This document shows positions 16,501 to 31,200 of a stretch of 64,000 nucleotides of DNA, piece after piece. Source of the DNA: the human T2T-CHM13v2.0 reference genome, Homo sapiens; the NCBI RefSeq assembly GCF_009914755.1, contig NC_060933.1. The stretch is one strand, 5' to 3'. Within the stretch, counting starts at the first letter, position 1; every line of letters starts with the position of its first letter. The notes beneath the pieces are model-generated. The model searched no databases. It saw nothing but the letters and a program-made list of their open reading frames with translations, and had not been told where the DNA came from. The translations under genes and the position numbers were made by a program.

Positions 16501-18169
16501 TTCCATTCCATTCCATTCCATTCCATTTCGTTCCGTTCCATTCCATTCCATTCCATTCTGTTCAGGTTAATTCCATTCCATTCCATTCCATTCCATCCCA
16601 TTGCAATCGAGTTGATTCCATTGCATTGCATTCCATTCCATTCCATTGCATTCCATTCCATTCCATTCCCCTGCACTCAGATTGATTCCATTCCATTCCA
16701 TTCCATTCCAATCTGTTCCATTCTATTCGCGTTAATTCCATTCCATTCCATTACATTACATTACATTGCAATCGAGTTGATTCCATTCCATTCCGTTCCA
16801 TTCCATTCCATTCCATTCCATTCCATGCCATTCCACTCGGGTTGATTCCATTCCTTTCCATTCCATTCTTGTTGAATCCATTCCATTCCATTCCATTATA
16901 TTCGAATCCATTCCATTCCATTCGAATCCATTCCATTGCACTCGGTTTGATTCCATTCCATTCCATTCCATTCCATTTCATTCCATTCCCTTCCATTTCA
17001 TTCGGACAGATTCTATTCAATTCCCTTACACTCTATTACATTCCATTCCATTCGGGATGTTTCCATTCCATTCCATTCCATTCCATTCCATTCCATTCCA
17101 TTGCATCGGGATCATTCCATTCCATTCCATTCCATTCCATTCCATTCCATTCCATTCCGGATGATTCCATTCCATTGCATTCAATTCCATTCCATTGCAT
17201 TCAATTCCATTCCATTCCCCTGCACTCGGGTTCATTACATTCCATTCCATTCCCTTCCATTCCTTTCCATTCCATTCCATTCCATTCTATTCGGGTTAAT
17301 TCCATTCCATTCCACTCCATTCCATTCCATTCCATTCCATTCCATTCCAATCGAGTTGATTCCATTCCATTCCATTGCATTCCGTTCCAGATGATTCCAT
17401 TCCATTGCATTCCATTCCATTCCATTCCCGTGCAGTCGGGTTGATTCCATTCCATTCCATTCCATTCCACTCCATTCTGTTCCGTTCCATTCCATTCCAT
17501 TCCATTCCATTCTATTCGGGTTAATTCCATTCCATTCCATTCCATTCCATTCCATTCCATTCCATTCCATTCAAATTCCATTCCACTCCATTCCAATCGA
17601 GTTGATTCCATTCCATTCCGTTCCATTCCATTCCACTCCATTCCAGTCCTTTCCATTACATTCCACTCGGGTTGATTCCATTCTATTCATTTCTATTCCA
17701 TTCCATTCCATTGCAATCGAGTTGATTCCATTTTTTTGCATTCCATTCCATTCCATTCCATTCCGGATGATTCCATTCCATTGCATTCCATTCCATTCCA
17801 TTCCCCTGCACTCAGGTTGATTCCATTCCATTCCACTCCATTCCGTTCCATTCTATTCCATTCCATTGTATTCGGGTTAATTCCATTCCATTCCATTCCA
17901 TTCCATTCCATTCCATTCCATTCCATTCCATTACAATCGAGTTGATTCCATTCCATTCCATTCCATACCATTCCATTCCATTCCATTCCATTCCATTCCA
18001 TTCCATTCCGTTCCATTCCGTTCCATTCCATTCCATTCCGTTCTATTCGGGATAATTCCATTCCATTCCATTCCATTCCATTCCATTCTATTCGTGTTAA
18101 TGCCATTCCATTCTATTCCATTCCATTCCATTGAAATCGAGTTGATTCCATTCCATTCCATTCCATTCC

Positions 18170-19790
18170 ATTCCGGATGATTCCATTCCATTGCATTCCC
18201 TTCCATTCCATTCCCCTGCACTCGGGTTGAATCCATTCCATTCCATTCCATTACATTCCGTTCCATTCCATTCCATTCCATTCTATTCGGGTTAATTCCA
18301 TTCCATTCCATTCCACTCCATTCCAGTCCTTTGCATTCCATTCCACTCGAGTTGATTCCATTCTATTCCTTTCCATTCCATTCCATTAAATTGCAATCGA
18401 GTTGATTCCATTCGAGTTGAATCCATTCCATTCCATTCCATTCCATTACATTGCACACGGGTTCATTCCATTCCATTCCATTAAATTCCATTCCATTCCA
18501 TTTCATTCCATTCCATTCTATTCCGTACCATTCCATTCCATCCCATTATATTCCATTCCGTTCCATTCCATCCCATTCCATTCCATTCCATTCCATTCCA
18601 TGCCATTACACTCGGGTTGATTCCATTCCTTTGCATTCCATTCTTGTTGAATCCATTCCATTCCATTCCATTCCTTTCGAATCCATTCCATTGCACTCGG
18701 GTTGATTCCATTCCATTCCATTCCATTCCATTTCATTCCATTCCATTCCATTACATTCGGGCTGATTCTATTCAATTCCCTTACACTCCATTACATTCCA
18801 TTCCATTCGCGATGTTTCCATTCCATTCCATTCCATTCCACTCCATTCCATTGCACGCGGGTTGATTCCATTCCATTTCATTCCATTCCATTCCATTCCA
18901 TTCCATTCTGGAAGATTCCTTTCCATTGCATTCCATTCCATTCCATTCCCCTGCACTCGCGTTGATTCCATTCCATTCCATTCCATTCCATTCCATTCCG
19001 TTCGGTTCCGTTCCATTCCATTCCATTCCATTCCATTGCATTCCACTCCATTCCACTGCATCAGGTTGATTGCATTCCATTCCATTCCATTCCATTCCGG
19101 ATGATTCCATTCCATTGCATTCCATTCCATTCCATTCCCCTGCACTCGGGTTGAATCCATTCCATTCCATTCCATTACATTCCGTTCCATTCCATTCCAT
19201 TCCATTCTATTCGGGTTAATTCCATTCCATTCCATTCCACTCCTTTCCAGTCCTTTGCATTCCATTCCACTCGGGTTGATTCCATTCTATTCCTTTCCAT
19301 TCCATTCCATTAAATTGCAATCGAGTTGATTCCATTCGAGTTGAATCCATTCCATTCCATTCCATTACATTACATTGCACACGGGTTCATTCCATTCCAT
19401 TCCATTAAATTCCATTCCATTCCATTTCATTCCATTCCATTCTATTCCGTACCATTCCATTCCATCCCATTATATTCCATTCCATTCCATTCCATCCCAT
19501 TCCATTCCATTGCATTCCATTCCATGCCATTACACTCGGGTTGATTCCATTCCTTTGCATTCCATTCTTGTTGAATCCATTCCATTCCATTCCATTCCTT
19601 TCGAATCCATTCCATTGCACTCGGGTTGATTCCATTCCATTCCATTCCATTCCATTTCATTCCATTCCATTCCATTACATTCGGGTTGATTCTATTCAAT
19701 TCCCTTACACTCCATTACATTCCATTCCATTCGCGATGTTTCCATTCCATTCCATTCCATTCCATTCCACTCCATTCCATTGCATCTGGT
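18170..19790 (+). repeat. Internal direct duplication with 924-bp offset (present only in copy 1 of the large block)
   Basis: cattaaattgcaatcgag (~18384/~19308), cccattatattcc (~18542/~19466), cctttcgaatcc (~18673/~19597), cattcgcgatgtttcc (~18804/~19728). ORFs 18402/19326 and 18617/19541 agree. Confidence 0.85.
18905..18919. promoter_or_regulatory. Perfect 3-unit heat-shock-element match
   Basis: aTTCtgGAAgaTTCc (CpG-deaminated spacer, core triplets intact). Motif match only. Confidence 0.35.
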
Positions 19791-21796
19791 TGATTGCATT
19801 CCATTCCATTCCATTCCATTCCGGATGATTCCATTCCATTGCATTCCATTCCATTCCATTCCCCTGCACTCGGGTTGATTACATTGCATTCCATTCCCTT
19901 CCATTCCTTTCCATTCCATTCCACTCCATTGCAATCGAGTTGATTCCATTCCATTCCATTCCATTCCATTCCGGATGATTTCATTCCATTGCATTCCATT
20001 CCATTCCATTCCCCTGCACTCGGATTGATTCCCTTCCATTTCATTCCATTACATTCCGTTCCATTCCATTTCATTCCATTCTATTCAGGTTAATTCCATT
20101 CCATTCCATTCAATTCCATTCCATTCCAATCGAGTTGATTCCATTCCATTCTATTCCATTCCATTCCATTCCATTCCATTCCAATCGATTTGATTCCATT
20201 CCGTTCCATTCCATTCCACTCCATTCCAGTCCTTTCCATTCCATTCCACTCGGGTTGATTCCATTCTATTCCTTCCCATTCCATTCCATTCCATTCCACT
20301 GGGGTTGATTCCATTCTATTCCTTTCCATTCCATTCCATTCCATTGCAATCGAGTTGATTCCTTTCGAGTTGAATCCATTCCATTCCATTCCATTCCATT
20401 ACACTGCACAGGGGTTCATTCCATTCCATTCCATTCCATTCCATTCCATTCCATTCCACTCCATTTCATTCCATTCCATTCTATTCCGTACCATTCCATT
20501 ACATCCCATTCCATTCCATTCCATTCCATGCCATTGCACTCGGGTTGATTCCATTCCTTTCCATTCCATTCTTGTTGAATCCATTCCATTCCATTCCATT
20601 CCATTCGAATACATTCCATTGCACTCGGTTTGATTCCATTCCATTCCATTCCATTCCATTTCATTCCATTCCCTTCCATTACATTCGGACTGATTCTATT
20701 CAATTCCCTTACACTCCATTACATTCCAATCCATTCGGGATGTTTCCATTCCATTCCATTCCATTCCATTCCATTCCATTCCATTGCATCGGGTTGATTC
20801 CATTCCATTCCATTCCATTCCATTCCGGATGATTCCATTCCATTGCATTCAATTCCATCCCATTCTCCTGCACTCGGGTTCATTACATTCCATTCCATTC
20901 CCTTCCATTCCTTTCCATTCCATTCCATTCCATTCTATTCGGGTTAATTCCATTCCATTCCAGTCCATTCCATTCCATTCCATTCCATTCCATTCCATTC
21001 CATTCCATTCCATTCCATTGCAATCTAGTTGATTCCATTCCATTCCATTCCATTCCGTTCCGGATGATTCCATTCCATTGCATTCCATTCCATTCCATTC
21101 CCGTGTAGTCGGGTTGATTCCATTCCATTCCATTCCATTCCATTCCGTTCCGTTCCATTCCATTCCATTCCATTCCATTCTATTCGGGTTAATTCCATTC
21201 CATTCCATTGCATTCCATTCCATTCCATTCCATTCAAATTCCATTCCACTCCATTCCAATCGAGTTGATTCCATTCCATTCCGTTCCATTCCATTCCACT
21301 CCATTCCAGTCCTTTCCATTCCATTCCACTCGGGTTGATTCCATTCTATTCATTTCCATTCCATTCCATTCCATTGCAATCGAGTTGATTCCATTGTTTT
21401 CATTGCATTCCATTCCATTCCGGATGATTCCATTCCATTGCATTCCATTGCATTCCATTCCCCTGCACTCGGGTTGATTCCATTCCATTCCACTCCATTC
21501 CGTTCCATTCCATTCCATTCCATTGTATTTGGTTCAATTCCATTCCATTCCATTCCATTCCATTCCATTCCATTCCATTCCATTACAATCGAGTTGATTC
21601 CATTCCATTCCATTCCATACCATTCCATTCCATTCCATTCCATTCCATTCCATTCCATTCCGTTCCATTCCGTTCCGTTCCATTCCATTCCATTCTACTC
21701 GTATTAATTCCATTCCATTCCATTCCATTCCATTCTATTCCATTCCATTGCAATCGAGTTGAATCCATTGCATTTCATTCCATTCCATTCCATTCC

Positions 21797-21811
21797 ATTC
21801 CGGAAGATTCC
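21797..21811. promoter_or_regulatory. Perfect 3-unit heat-shock-element match
   Basis: aTTCcgGAAgaTTCc. Motif match only. Confidence 0.4.
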
Positions 21812-24800
21812 ATTCCATTGCATTCCATTCCATTCCATTCCCCTGCACTCGCGTTGATTCCGTTCCATTCCATTCCATTCCATTCCATTCCGTTCTGTTC
21901 CATTCCATTCCATTCCATTCCATTCCATTCCATTCCGTTACGTTCCATTCCATTCCATTCCATTCTATTCGGGTTAATTCCATTCCATTCCATTCGATTG
22001 CAATCGAGTTGATTCCATTCCATTCCATTCCATTCCATTCCATTCCATTCCATTCCGTTCCATTCCATTACGGATGATTCCATTCCTTTGCATTCCATTC
22101 CATTCCATTCCCCTGTACTCGGGTTGATTCCATTCCATTCCATTCCATTCCATGCCATTCCACTCGTGTTGATTCCATTCTTTCCATTCCATTCAAGTTG
22201 AATCCATTCCATTGCATTCCATTCCATTCGATTCCATTCGATTGCACTCGTGTTGATTCCATTCCATTGCATTCCATTCCATTCCATTCCGTTCCATTCC
22301 ATTCCATTCCATTCGGATTGATTCTATTCAATTCCCTTACACTCCATTACATTCCATTCTATTCGGGTAGTTTGCATTCCATTCCATTCCATTCCTCTCC
22401 ATTCCATTGCATTCGGGTTAATTCCATTCCATTCCATTCCATTCCATTCCATTCCATTCCGGATGATTCCATTCCACTGAATTCCATTCCATTCCATTCC
22501 CCTGCACTTGGGTTGATTCCATTCCTTTCCATTCCATTCCTCTCCGTTCCATTCCATTCCATTCCATTCCATTCCATTCCATTCTATTCGTGTTAATTCC
22601 ATTCCATTCTATTCCATTCCATTCCATTGAAATCGAGTTGATTCCATTCCATTCCATTCCATTCCATTCCATTCCGGATGATTCCATTCCATTGCATTCC
22701 ATTCCATTCCATTCCCCTGCACTCGGGTTGAATCCATTCCATTCCATTCCATTACATTCCGTTCCATTCCATTCCATTCCATTCTATTCGAGTTAATTCC
22801 ATTCCATTCCATTCCACTCCATTCCAGTCCTTTGCATTCCATTCCACTCGGGTTGATTCCATTCTATTCCTTTCCATTCCATTCCATTCCATTGCAATCG
22901 AGTTGATTCCATTCGAGTTGAATACATTCCATTCCATTCCATTCCATTACATTGCACACGGGTTCATTCCATTCCATTCCATTAAATTCCATTCCATTCC
23001 ATTTCATTCCATTCCATTCTATTCCGTACCATTCCATTCCATCCCATTCCATTCCATTCCATTCCATTCCATGCCATTACACTCGGGTTGATTCCATTCC
23101 TTTCCATTCCATTCTTGTTGAATCCATTCCATTCCATTGCATTCCATTCGAATCCATTCCATTGCACTCCGGTTGATTTCATTCCATTCCATTCCATTCC
23201 ATTTCATTCCATTCCTTTCCATTACATTCGGATTGATTCTATTCAATTCCTTTACACTCCATTACATTACATTCCATTCGGGATGTTTCCATTCCATTCC
23301 ATTGCATTCCACTCCATTCCATTGCATCGGGTTGATTGCATTCCATTCCATTCCATTCCATTCCGGATGACTCCATTCCATTGCATTCCATTCCATTCCA
23401 TTCCCCTGCACTCGGGTTGATTACATTCCATTCCATTCCCTTCCATTCCTTTCCATTCCATTCCACTCCATTGCAATCGAGTTGATTCCATTCCATTCCA
23501 TTCCATTCCATTCCATTCCATTCCATTCCGGATGATTGCATTCCATGGCATTCCATTCCATTCCATTCCCCTGCACTCGGGTTGATTCCATTCCATTTCA
23601 TTACATTACATTCCGTTCCATTCCATTCCATTCCATTCTATTCCGGTAAATTCTATTCCATTCCATTCCATTCCATTCCATTCCATTCCATTCCATTCCA
23701 TTCCATTGCAATCTAGTTGATTCGACTCCATTCCATTCCATTCCATTCCATTCCAATCGATTTGATTCCATTCCATTCCATTCCATTCCAGTCCATTCCA
23801 GTCCTTTCCATTCCATTCCACTCGGGTTGATTCCATTCTATTCCTTTCCATTCCATTCCATTCCATTGCAGTCGAGTTGATTCCATTCCATTTCATTCCA
23901 TTCCATTCCATTCCATTCCATTCCAATGGATTTAATTCCATTCCATTCCATTCCATTCCACTCCATTCCAGTCCTTTCCATACTATACCACTCGGGTTGA
24001 TTCCATTCTATTCCTTTCCACTCCATTCCATTCCATTGCAATCGAGTTGATTCCTTTCGAGTTGAATCCATTCCATTCCATTCCATTCTATTACATTGCA
24101 CACGGGTTCATTCTATTCCATTCCATTCCATTCCATTCCATTCCATTTCATTCCATTCCATTCTATTCCGTACCATTCCATTCCATCCCATTCCATTCCA
24201 TTCCATTCCATGCCATTACACTCGGGTTGATACCATTCCTTTCCATTCCATTCTTGTTGAATCCATTCCATTCCATTCCATTCCATTCGAATCCATTCCA
24301 TTGCACTCGGTTTGATTCCATTCCATTCCATTCCATTCCATTCCATTCCATTTCATTCCATTCCCTTCCATTACATTCGGACTGATTCTATTCAATTCCC
24401 TTACACTCCAATACATTCCATTCCATTCGGTATGTTTCCATTCCATTCCATTCCATTCCATTGCATCGGGTTGATTCCATTCCATTCCATTCCATTCCAT
24501 TCCATTCCATTCCGGATGATTCCATTCCATTGCATTCCATTCCATTCCATTCCCGTGCAGTCGGGTTGATTCCATTCCATTCCATTCCATTCCATTCCAT
24601 TCCATTCCATTCCATACCGTTCCATTCCATTCCATTCCATTCCATTCTATTCGGGTTAATTCCATTCCATTCCATTCCATTCCATTCCATTCCATTCAAA
24701 TTCCATTCCACTCCATTCCAATCGAGTTGATTCCATTCCATTCCGTTCCATTCCATTCCACTCCATTCCAGTCCTTTCCATTCCATTCCACTCGGGTTGA

Positions 24801-25229
24801 TTCCATTTTATTCATTTCCATTCCATTCCATTCCATTGCAATCGAGTTGATTCCATTGTTTTGCATTCCATTCCATTCCATTCCATTCCGGATGATTCCA
24901 TTCCATTGCATTCCATTCCATTCCACTCCCCTGCTCTCGGGTTGATTCCATTCCATTCCACTCCATTCCGTTCCATTCCATTCCATTCCATTGTATTCGA
25001 GTTAATTCCATTCCATTCCATTTCATTCCATTCCATTCCATTACAATCGAGTTGATTCCATTCCATTCCATTCCATACCATTCCATTCCATTCCATTCCA
25101 TTCCATTCCATTCCATTCCATTCCATTCCGTTCCATTCCGTTCCATTCCATTGCATTCCATTCCATTCCGGATGATTCCATTCCATTGAATTCCATTCCA
25201 TTCCTTTCCCCTGCACTTGGGTTGATTCC

Positions 25230-28200
25230 ATTCCATTCTATTCCATTCCATTCCATTCCATTCCATTCCATTCCATTCCATTCCATTCCATTCCATTTCT
25301 TTCCATTCCATTCTATTCCTTACCATTCCATTCCATTCCATTCCCTTCCATTCAATTTCACTCGGGTTTATTCCATTCCTTTCCATTCCATTCGGGTTGA
25401 ATCCATTCCATTCCATTCCATTCCATTCCATTCCATTCCATTCCATTCCATTCCATTGCACTCGGGTTGATTCCATTCCATTCCATGCCATTCCATTTCA
25501 TTCCATTCCATTCCATTCCAATCCATTCCATTCCATTCCATTCCATTCCGTTCCATTCCATTCCATTACATTCGGATTGATTCTTTTTAATTCCCTTACA
25601 CTCCATTTCATTCCATTCCATTTGGGTACTTTCCATTCCATTCCATTCCTTTCCACTGCATTCTATTGCACTCGGGTTGATTGATTCCATTCCATTGCAT
25701 TGCATTCCATTCCATTCCATTCCGCATGACTCCATTCCATTGCATTCCATTCCATTCCATTCCCCTGCACTTGGGTTGATCCCATTCCATTGCATTGCAT
25801 TCCATTCCATTCCATTCCATTCCATTCCATTCCATTCCATTCCATTCCATTCCGTTTCATTCCATTCCATTCCATTCCATTTCATTCCATTCCATTCCAT
25901 TCCATTCCATTCCATTTCATTCCATTTCATTCCGTTTCATGCCATTCTACTCGGGTTGATTCCATTCCTTTCCATTCTATTCGAGTTGAACCCATTCAAT
26001 TCCATTCCATTCCATTCCATTCCATTCCATTGCACACGGGTTCATTCCATTCTATTCCATTCCATTCCATTCCACTCCATTCCATTCCATTTCTTTCCAT
26101 TCCATTCTATTCCGTACCATTCCATTCCATTCCATTCCCTTCCATGCAATTTCACTCGGGTTTATTCCATTCCTTTCCATTCCATTCGGGTTGAATCCAT
26201 TCCATTCCATTCCATTCGATTCCATTCCATTGCACTCGGGTTGATTCCATTCTTTTCCATGCCATTCCATTTCATTCCATTCCATTCCATTCCAATCCAT
26301 TCCATTCCATTCCATTCCGTTCCATTCCATTCCATTACATTCGGATTGATTCTTTTTAATTCCCTTACACTCCATTTCATTCCATTCCATTCGGGTACTT
26401 TCCATTCCATTCCATTCCTTTCCACTGCATTCTATTGCACTCGGGTTGATTGATTCCATTCCATTGCATTCCATTCCATTCCATTCCATTCCGGATGACT
26501 CCATTCCATTGCATTCCATTCCATTCCATTCCCCTGCACTCGGGTTGATCCCATTCCATTGCATTGCATTGCATTCCATTCCATTCCATTCCATTCCATT
26601 CCATTACGTTCCGTTCCATTCCATTCCATTCCATTCTGTTCAGGTTAATTCCATTCCATTCCATTCCATTCCATCCCATTGCAATCGAGTTGATTCCATT
26701 GCATTCCATTCCATTCCATTCCATTGCATTCCATTCCATTCCATTCCCCTGCACTCAGATTGATTCCATTCCATTCCATTCCATTCCATTCCATTCCATT
26801 TCAATCGAGTTGATTCCATTCCATTCCATTCCATTCCATTCCGTTCCATTCTATTCGCGTTAATTCCATTCCATTCCATTCCATTCCATTACATTGCAAT
26901 CGAGTTGATTCCATTCCATTCCGTTCCATTCCATTCCATTCCATTTCGTTCCATTCCACTCTATTCCGTACCATTCCATTCCATTCCATTTCATTCCATT
27001 CCATTCCATGCCATTCCACTCGGGATGATTCCATTGCTTTCCATTCCATTTGGGTTGAATCCAATCCATTCCATTCCATTCCATTCCATTCCATTCCATT
27101 CCATTCCATTCCATTGCACTAGGTATGATTCCATTCCACTGCATTCCATTCCATTCCATTCCGTTCCATTCCATTCCATTACATTCGGATTGATTGTACT
27201 CAATTCCCTTACACTCCATTACATTCTATTCCATTCGAGTTGTTTCCATTCCATTACATTCCATTCCACTCCATTCCATTGCACCCAGGTTGATTCCATT
27301 CCATTCCATTCCATTCCATTCCATTTCGTTCCATTCCATTCTATTCCGAACCATTCCATTCCATTCCATTCCACTCCATTCCATGCCATTCCAGTCTGGT
27401 TGATTCCATTCCGTTCCATTCCATTCGGGTTGAATCCATTCCATTCCATTCCATTCCATTCCGTATGATTCCATTCCATTGCATTCCATTCCATTCCATT
27501 CCCCTGCACTCGGGTGGATTCCATTCCATTCCATTCCATTCCATTCCATTCCATTCCATTCCATTCCATTCCATTCTATTAGGGTTAATTTCATTCCATT
27601 CCATTCCATTCCCTTTCATTCCATTCCATTCCTTTCCATTCCATTCCATTGAAATCGAGTTGATTCCATTCCATTCCATTCCATTCCATTCCATTCCATT
27701 CTATTCGGGTTAATTCCATTCCATTCCATTCCATTCCATTCCATTCCCTTCAATTCCATTCCATTCCATTCCCTTCCATTCCATTCCATTTCATTCCATT
27801 CCATTCCATTCCATTCCATTTCATTCCGTTCCATGCCATTCCACTCGGGTTGATTCCATTCCTTTCCATTCTATTCGAGTTGAACCCATTCCATTCCATT
27901 CCATTCCATTCCATTCCATTTCACACGTGTTCATTCCATTCTATTCCATTCGATTCCATTCCATTCAATTCCATTCCATTCCATTTCATTTCATTCCATT
28001 CCATTCTATTCTGTACCATTCCATTCCATTCCATTCCCTTCCAAGCCATTTCACTCGGGTTTATTCCATTCCTTTCCATTCCATTCGGGTTGAATCCATT
28101 CCATTCCATTCCATTCCATTCGATTCCATTCCATTGCACTCGGGTTGATTCCTTTCCATTCCATGCCATTCCATTTCATTCCATTCCATTCCATTCCAAT

Positions 28201-31200
28201 CCATTCCATTCCATTCCATTCCATTCCATTCCATTACATTCGGATTGATTCTTTTTAATTCCCTTACACTCCATTTCATTCCATTCCATTCGGGTACTTT
28301 CCATTCCATTCCATTCCTTCCCACTGCATTCTATTGCACTCGGGTTGATTGATTCCTTTCCATTCCATTCCATTCCATTCCATTCCATTCCAGATGACTC
28401 CATTCCATTGCATTCCATTCCATTCCATTCCCCTGCACTCGGGTTGATCCCATTCCATTGCATTGCATTGCATTCCATTCCATTCCATTCCATTCCATTC
28501 CATTCCATTCCATTCCATTCCATTTCGTTCCGTTCCATTCCATTCCATTCCATTCCATTCTGTTCAGGTTAATTCCATTCCATTCCATTCCATTCCATCC
28601 CATTGCAATCGAGTTGATTCCATTGCATTGCATTCCATTCCATTCCATTGCATTCAATTCCATTCCATTCCCCTGCACTCAGATTGATTCCATTCCATTC
28701 CATTCCATTCCAATCTGTTCCATTCTATTCGCGTTAATTCCATTCCATTCCATTTCATTACATTACATTGCAATCGAGTTGATTCCATTCCATTCCGTTC
28801 CATTCCATTCCATTCCATTCCATTCCATTTCATTCCATTCCATTCTATTCCGTACCATTCCATTCCATCCCATTCCATTCCATTCCATTCCATGCCATTA
28901 CACTCGGGTTGATTCCTTTCCTTTCCATTCCATTCTTGTTGAATCCATTCCATTCCATTCCATTATATTCGAATCCATTCCATTCCATTCGAATCCATTC
29001 CATTGCACTCGGTTTGATTCCATTCCATTCCATTCCATTCCATTTCATTCCATTCCCTTCCATTTCATTCGGACTGATTCTATTCAATTCCCTTACACTC
29101 TATTACATTCCATTCCATTCGGGATGTTTCCATTCCATTCCATTCCATTCCATTCCATTCCATTCAATTCCATTGCATCGGGATCATTCCATTCCATTCC
29201 ATTCCATTCCATTCCATTCCGGATGATTCCATTCCATTGCATTCAATTCCATTCCATTGCATTCAATTCCATTCCATTCCCCTGCACTCGGGTTCATTAC
29301 ATTCCATTCCATTCCCTTCCATTCCTTTCCATTCCATTCCATTCCATTCTATTCGGGTTAATTCCATTCCATTCCACTCCATTCCATTCCATTCCATTCC
29401 ATTCCATTCCAATCGAGTTGATTCCATTCCATTCCATTCCATTCCGTTCCAGATGATTCCATTCCATTGCATTCCATTCCATTCCATTCCCGTGCAGTCG
29501 GGTTGATTCCATTCCATTCCATTCCATTCCACTCCATTCAGTTCCGTTCCATTCCATTCCATTCCATTCCATTCTATTCGGGTTAATTCCATTCCATTCC
29601 ATTCCATTCCATTCCATTCCATTCCATTCAAATTCCATTCCACTCCATTCCAATCGAGTTGATTCCATTCCATTCCGTTCCATTCCATTCCACTCCATTC
29701 CAGTCCTTTCCATTACATTCCACTCGGGTTGATTCCATTCTATTCATTTCTATTCCATTCCATTCCATTGCAATCGAGTTGATTCCATTGTTTTGCATTC
29801 CATTCCATTCCATTCCATTCCGGATGATTCCATTCCATTGCATTCCATTCCATTCCATTCCCCTGCACTCAGGTTGATTCCATTCCATTCCACTCCATTC
29901 CGTTCCATTCCATTCCATTCCATTGTATTCGGGTTAATTCCATTCCATTCCATTCCATTCCATTCCATTCCATTCCATTCCGTTACAATCGAGTTGATTC
30001 CATTCCATTCCATTCCATACCATTCCATTCCATTCCATTCCATTCCATTCCATTCCATTCCATTCCATTCCGTTCCATTCCGTTCCATTCCATTCCATTC
30101 CATTCTATTCGGGATAATTCCATTCCATTCCATTCCATTCCATTCTATTCGTGTTAATGCCATTCCATTCTATTCCATTCCATTCCATTGAAATCGAGTT
30201 GATTCCATTCCATTCCATTCCATTCCATTCCGGATGATTCCATTCCATTGCATTCCATTCCATTCCATTCCCCTGCACTCGGGTTGAATCCATTCCATTC
30301 CATTCCATTACATTCCGTTCCATTCCATTCCATTCCATTCTATTCGGGTTAATTCCATTCCATTCCATTCCACTCCATTCCAGTCCTTTGCATTCCATTC
30401 CACTCGGGTTGATTCCATTCTATTCCTTTCCATTCCATTCCATTAAATTGCAATCGAGTTGATTCCATTCGAGTTGAATCCATTCCATTCCAATCCATTC
30501 CATTACATTGCACACGGGTTCATTCCATTCCATTCCATTAAATTCCATTCCATTCCATTTCATTCCATTCCATTCTATTCCGTACCATTCCATTCCATCC
30601 CATTATATTCCATTCCATTCCATTCCATCCCATTCCATTCCATTGCATTCCATTCCATGCCATTACACTCGGGTTGATTCCATTCCTTTGCATTCCATTC
30701 TTGTTTAATCCATTCCATTCCATTCCATTCCTTTCGAATCCATTCCATTGCACTCGGGTTGATTCCATTCCATTCCATTCCATTCCATTTCATTCCATTC
30801 CATTCCATTACATTCGGGTTGATTCTATTCAATTCCCTTACACTCCATTACATTCCATTCCATTCGCGATGTTTCCATTCCATTCCATTCCATTCCATTC
30901 CATTCCACTCCATTCCATTGCATCTGGTTGATTGCATTCCATTCCATTCCATTCCATTCCGGATGATTCCATTCCATTGCATTCCATTCCATTCCATTCC
31001 CCTGCACTAGGGTTGATTACATTCCATTCCATTCCCTTCCATTCCTTTCCATTCCATTCCACTCCATTGCAATCGAGTTGATTCCATTCCATTCCATTCC
31101 ATTCCATTCCGGATGATTGCATTCCATTGCATTCCATTCCATTCCATTCCCCTGCACTCGGATTGATTCCATTCCATTTCATTCCATTACATTCCGTTCC

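Larger units (their letters stand above)
13285..21600 (+). repeat. Large duplicated block, copy 1 (paralog at ~25230-32760)
   Basis: Collinear rare variants and matching ORFs: 13435/25397, 14405/26377, 15930/27927, 17602/29659 (offset ~11.96-12.06 kb), then 19326/30459, 20355/31493, 21234/32362 (offset ~11.13 kb). Confidence 0.88.

Noticed and set aside
17731-17737. T-runs (17731-17737 and ~40063-40069) as terminators
   Set aside because: They arise from substitutions in ttgttttgc and cattgtattc, as seen in paralogs. There is no hairpin or Pol III gene context.
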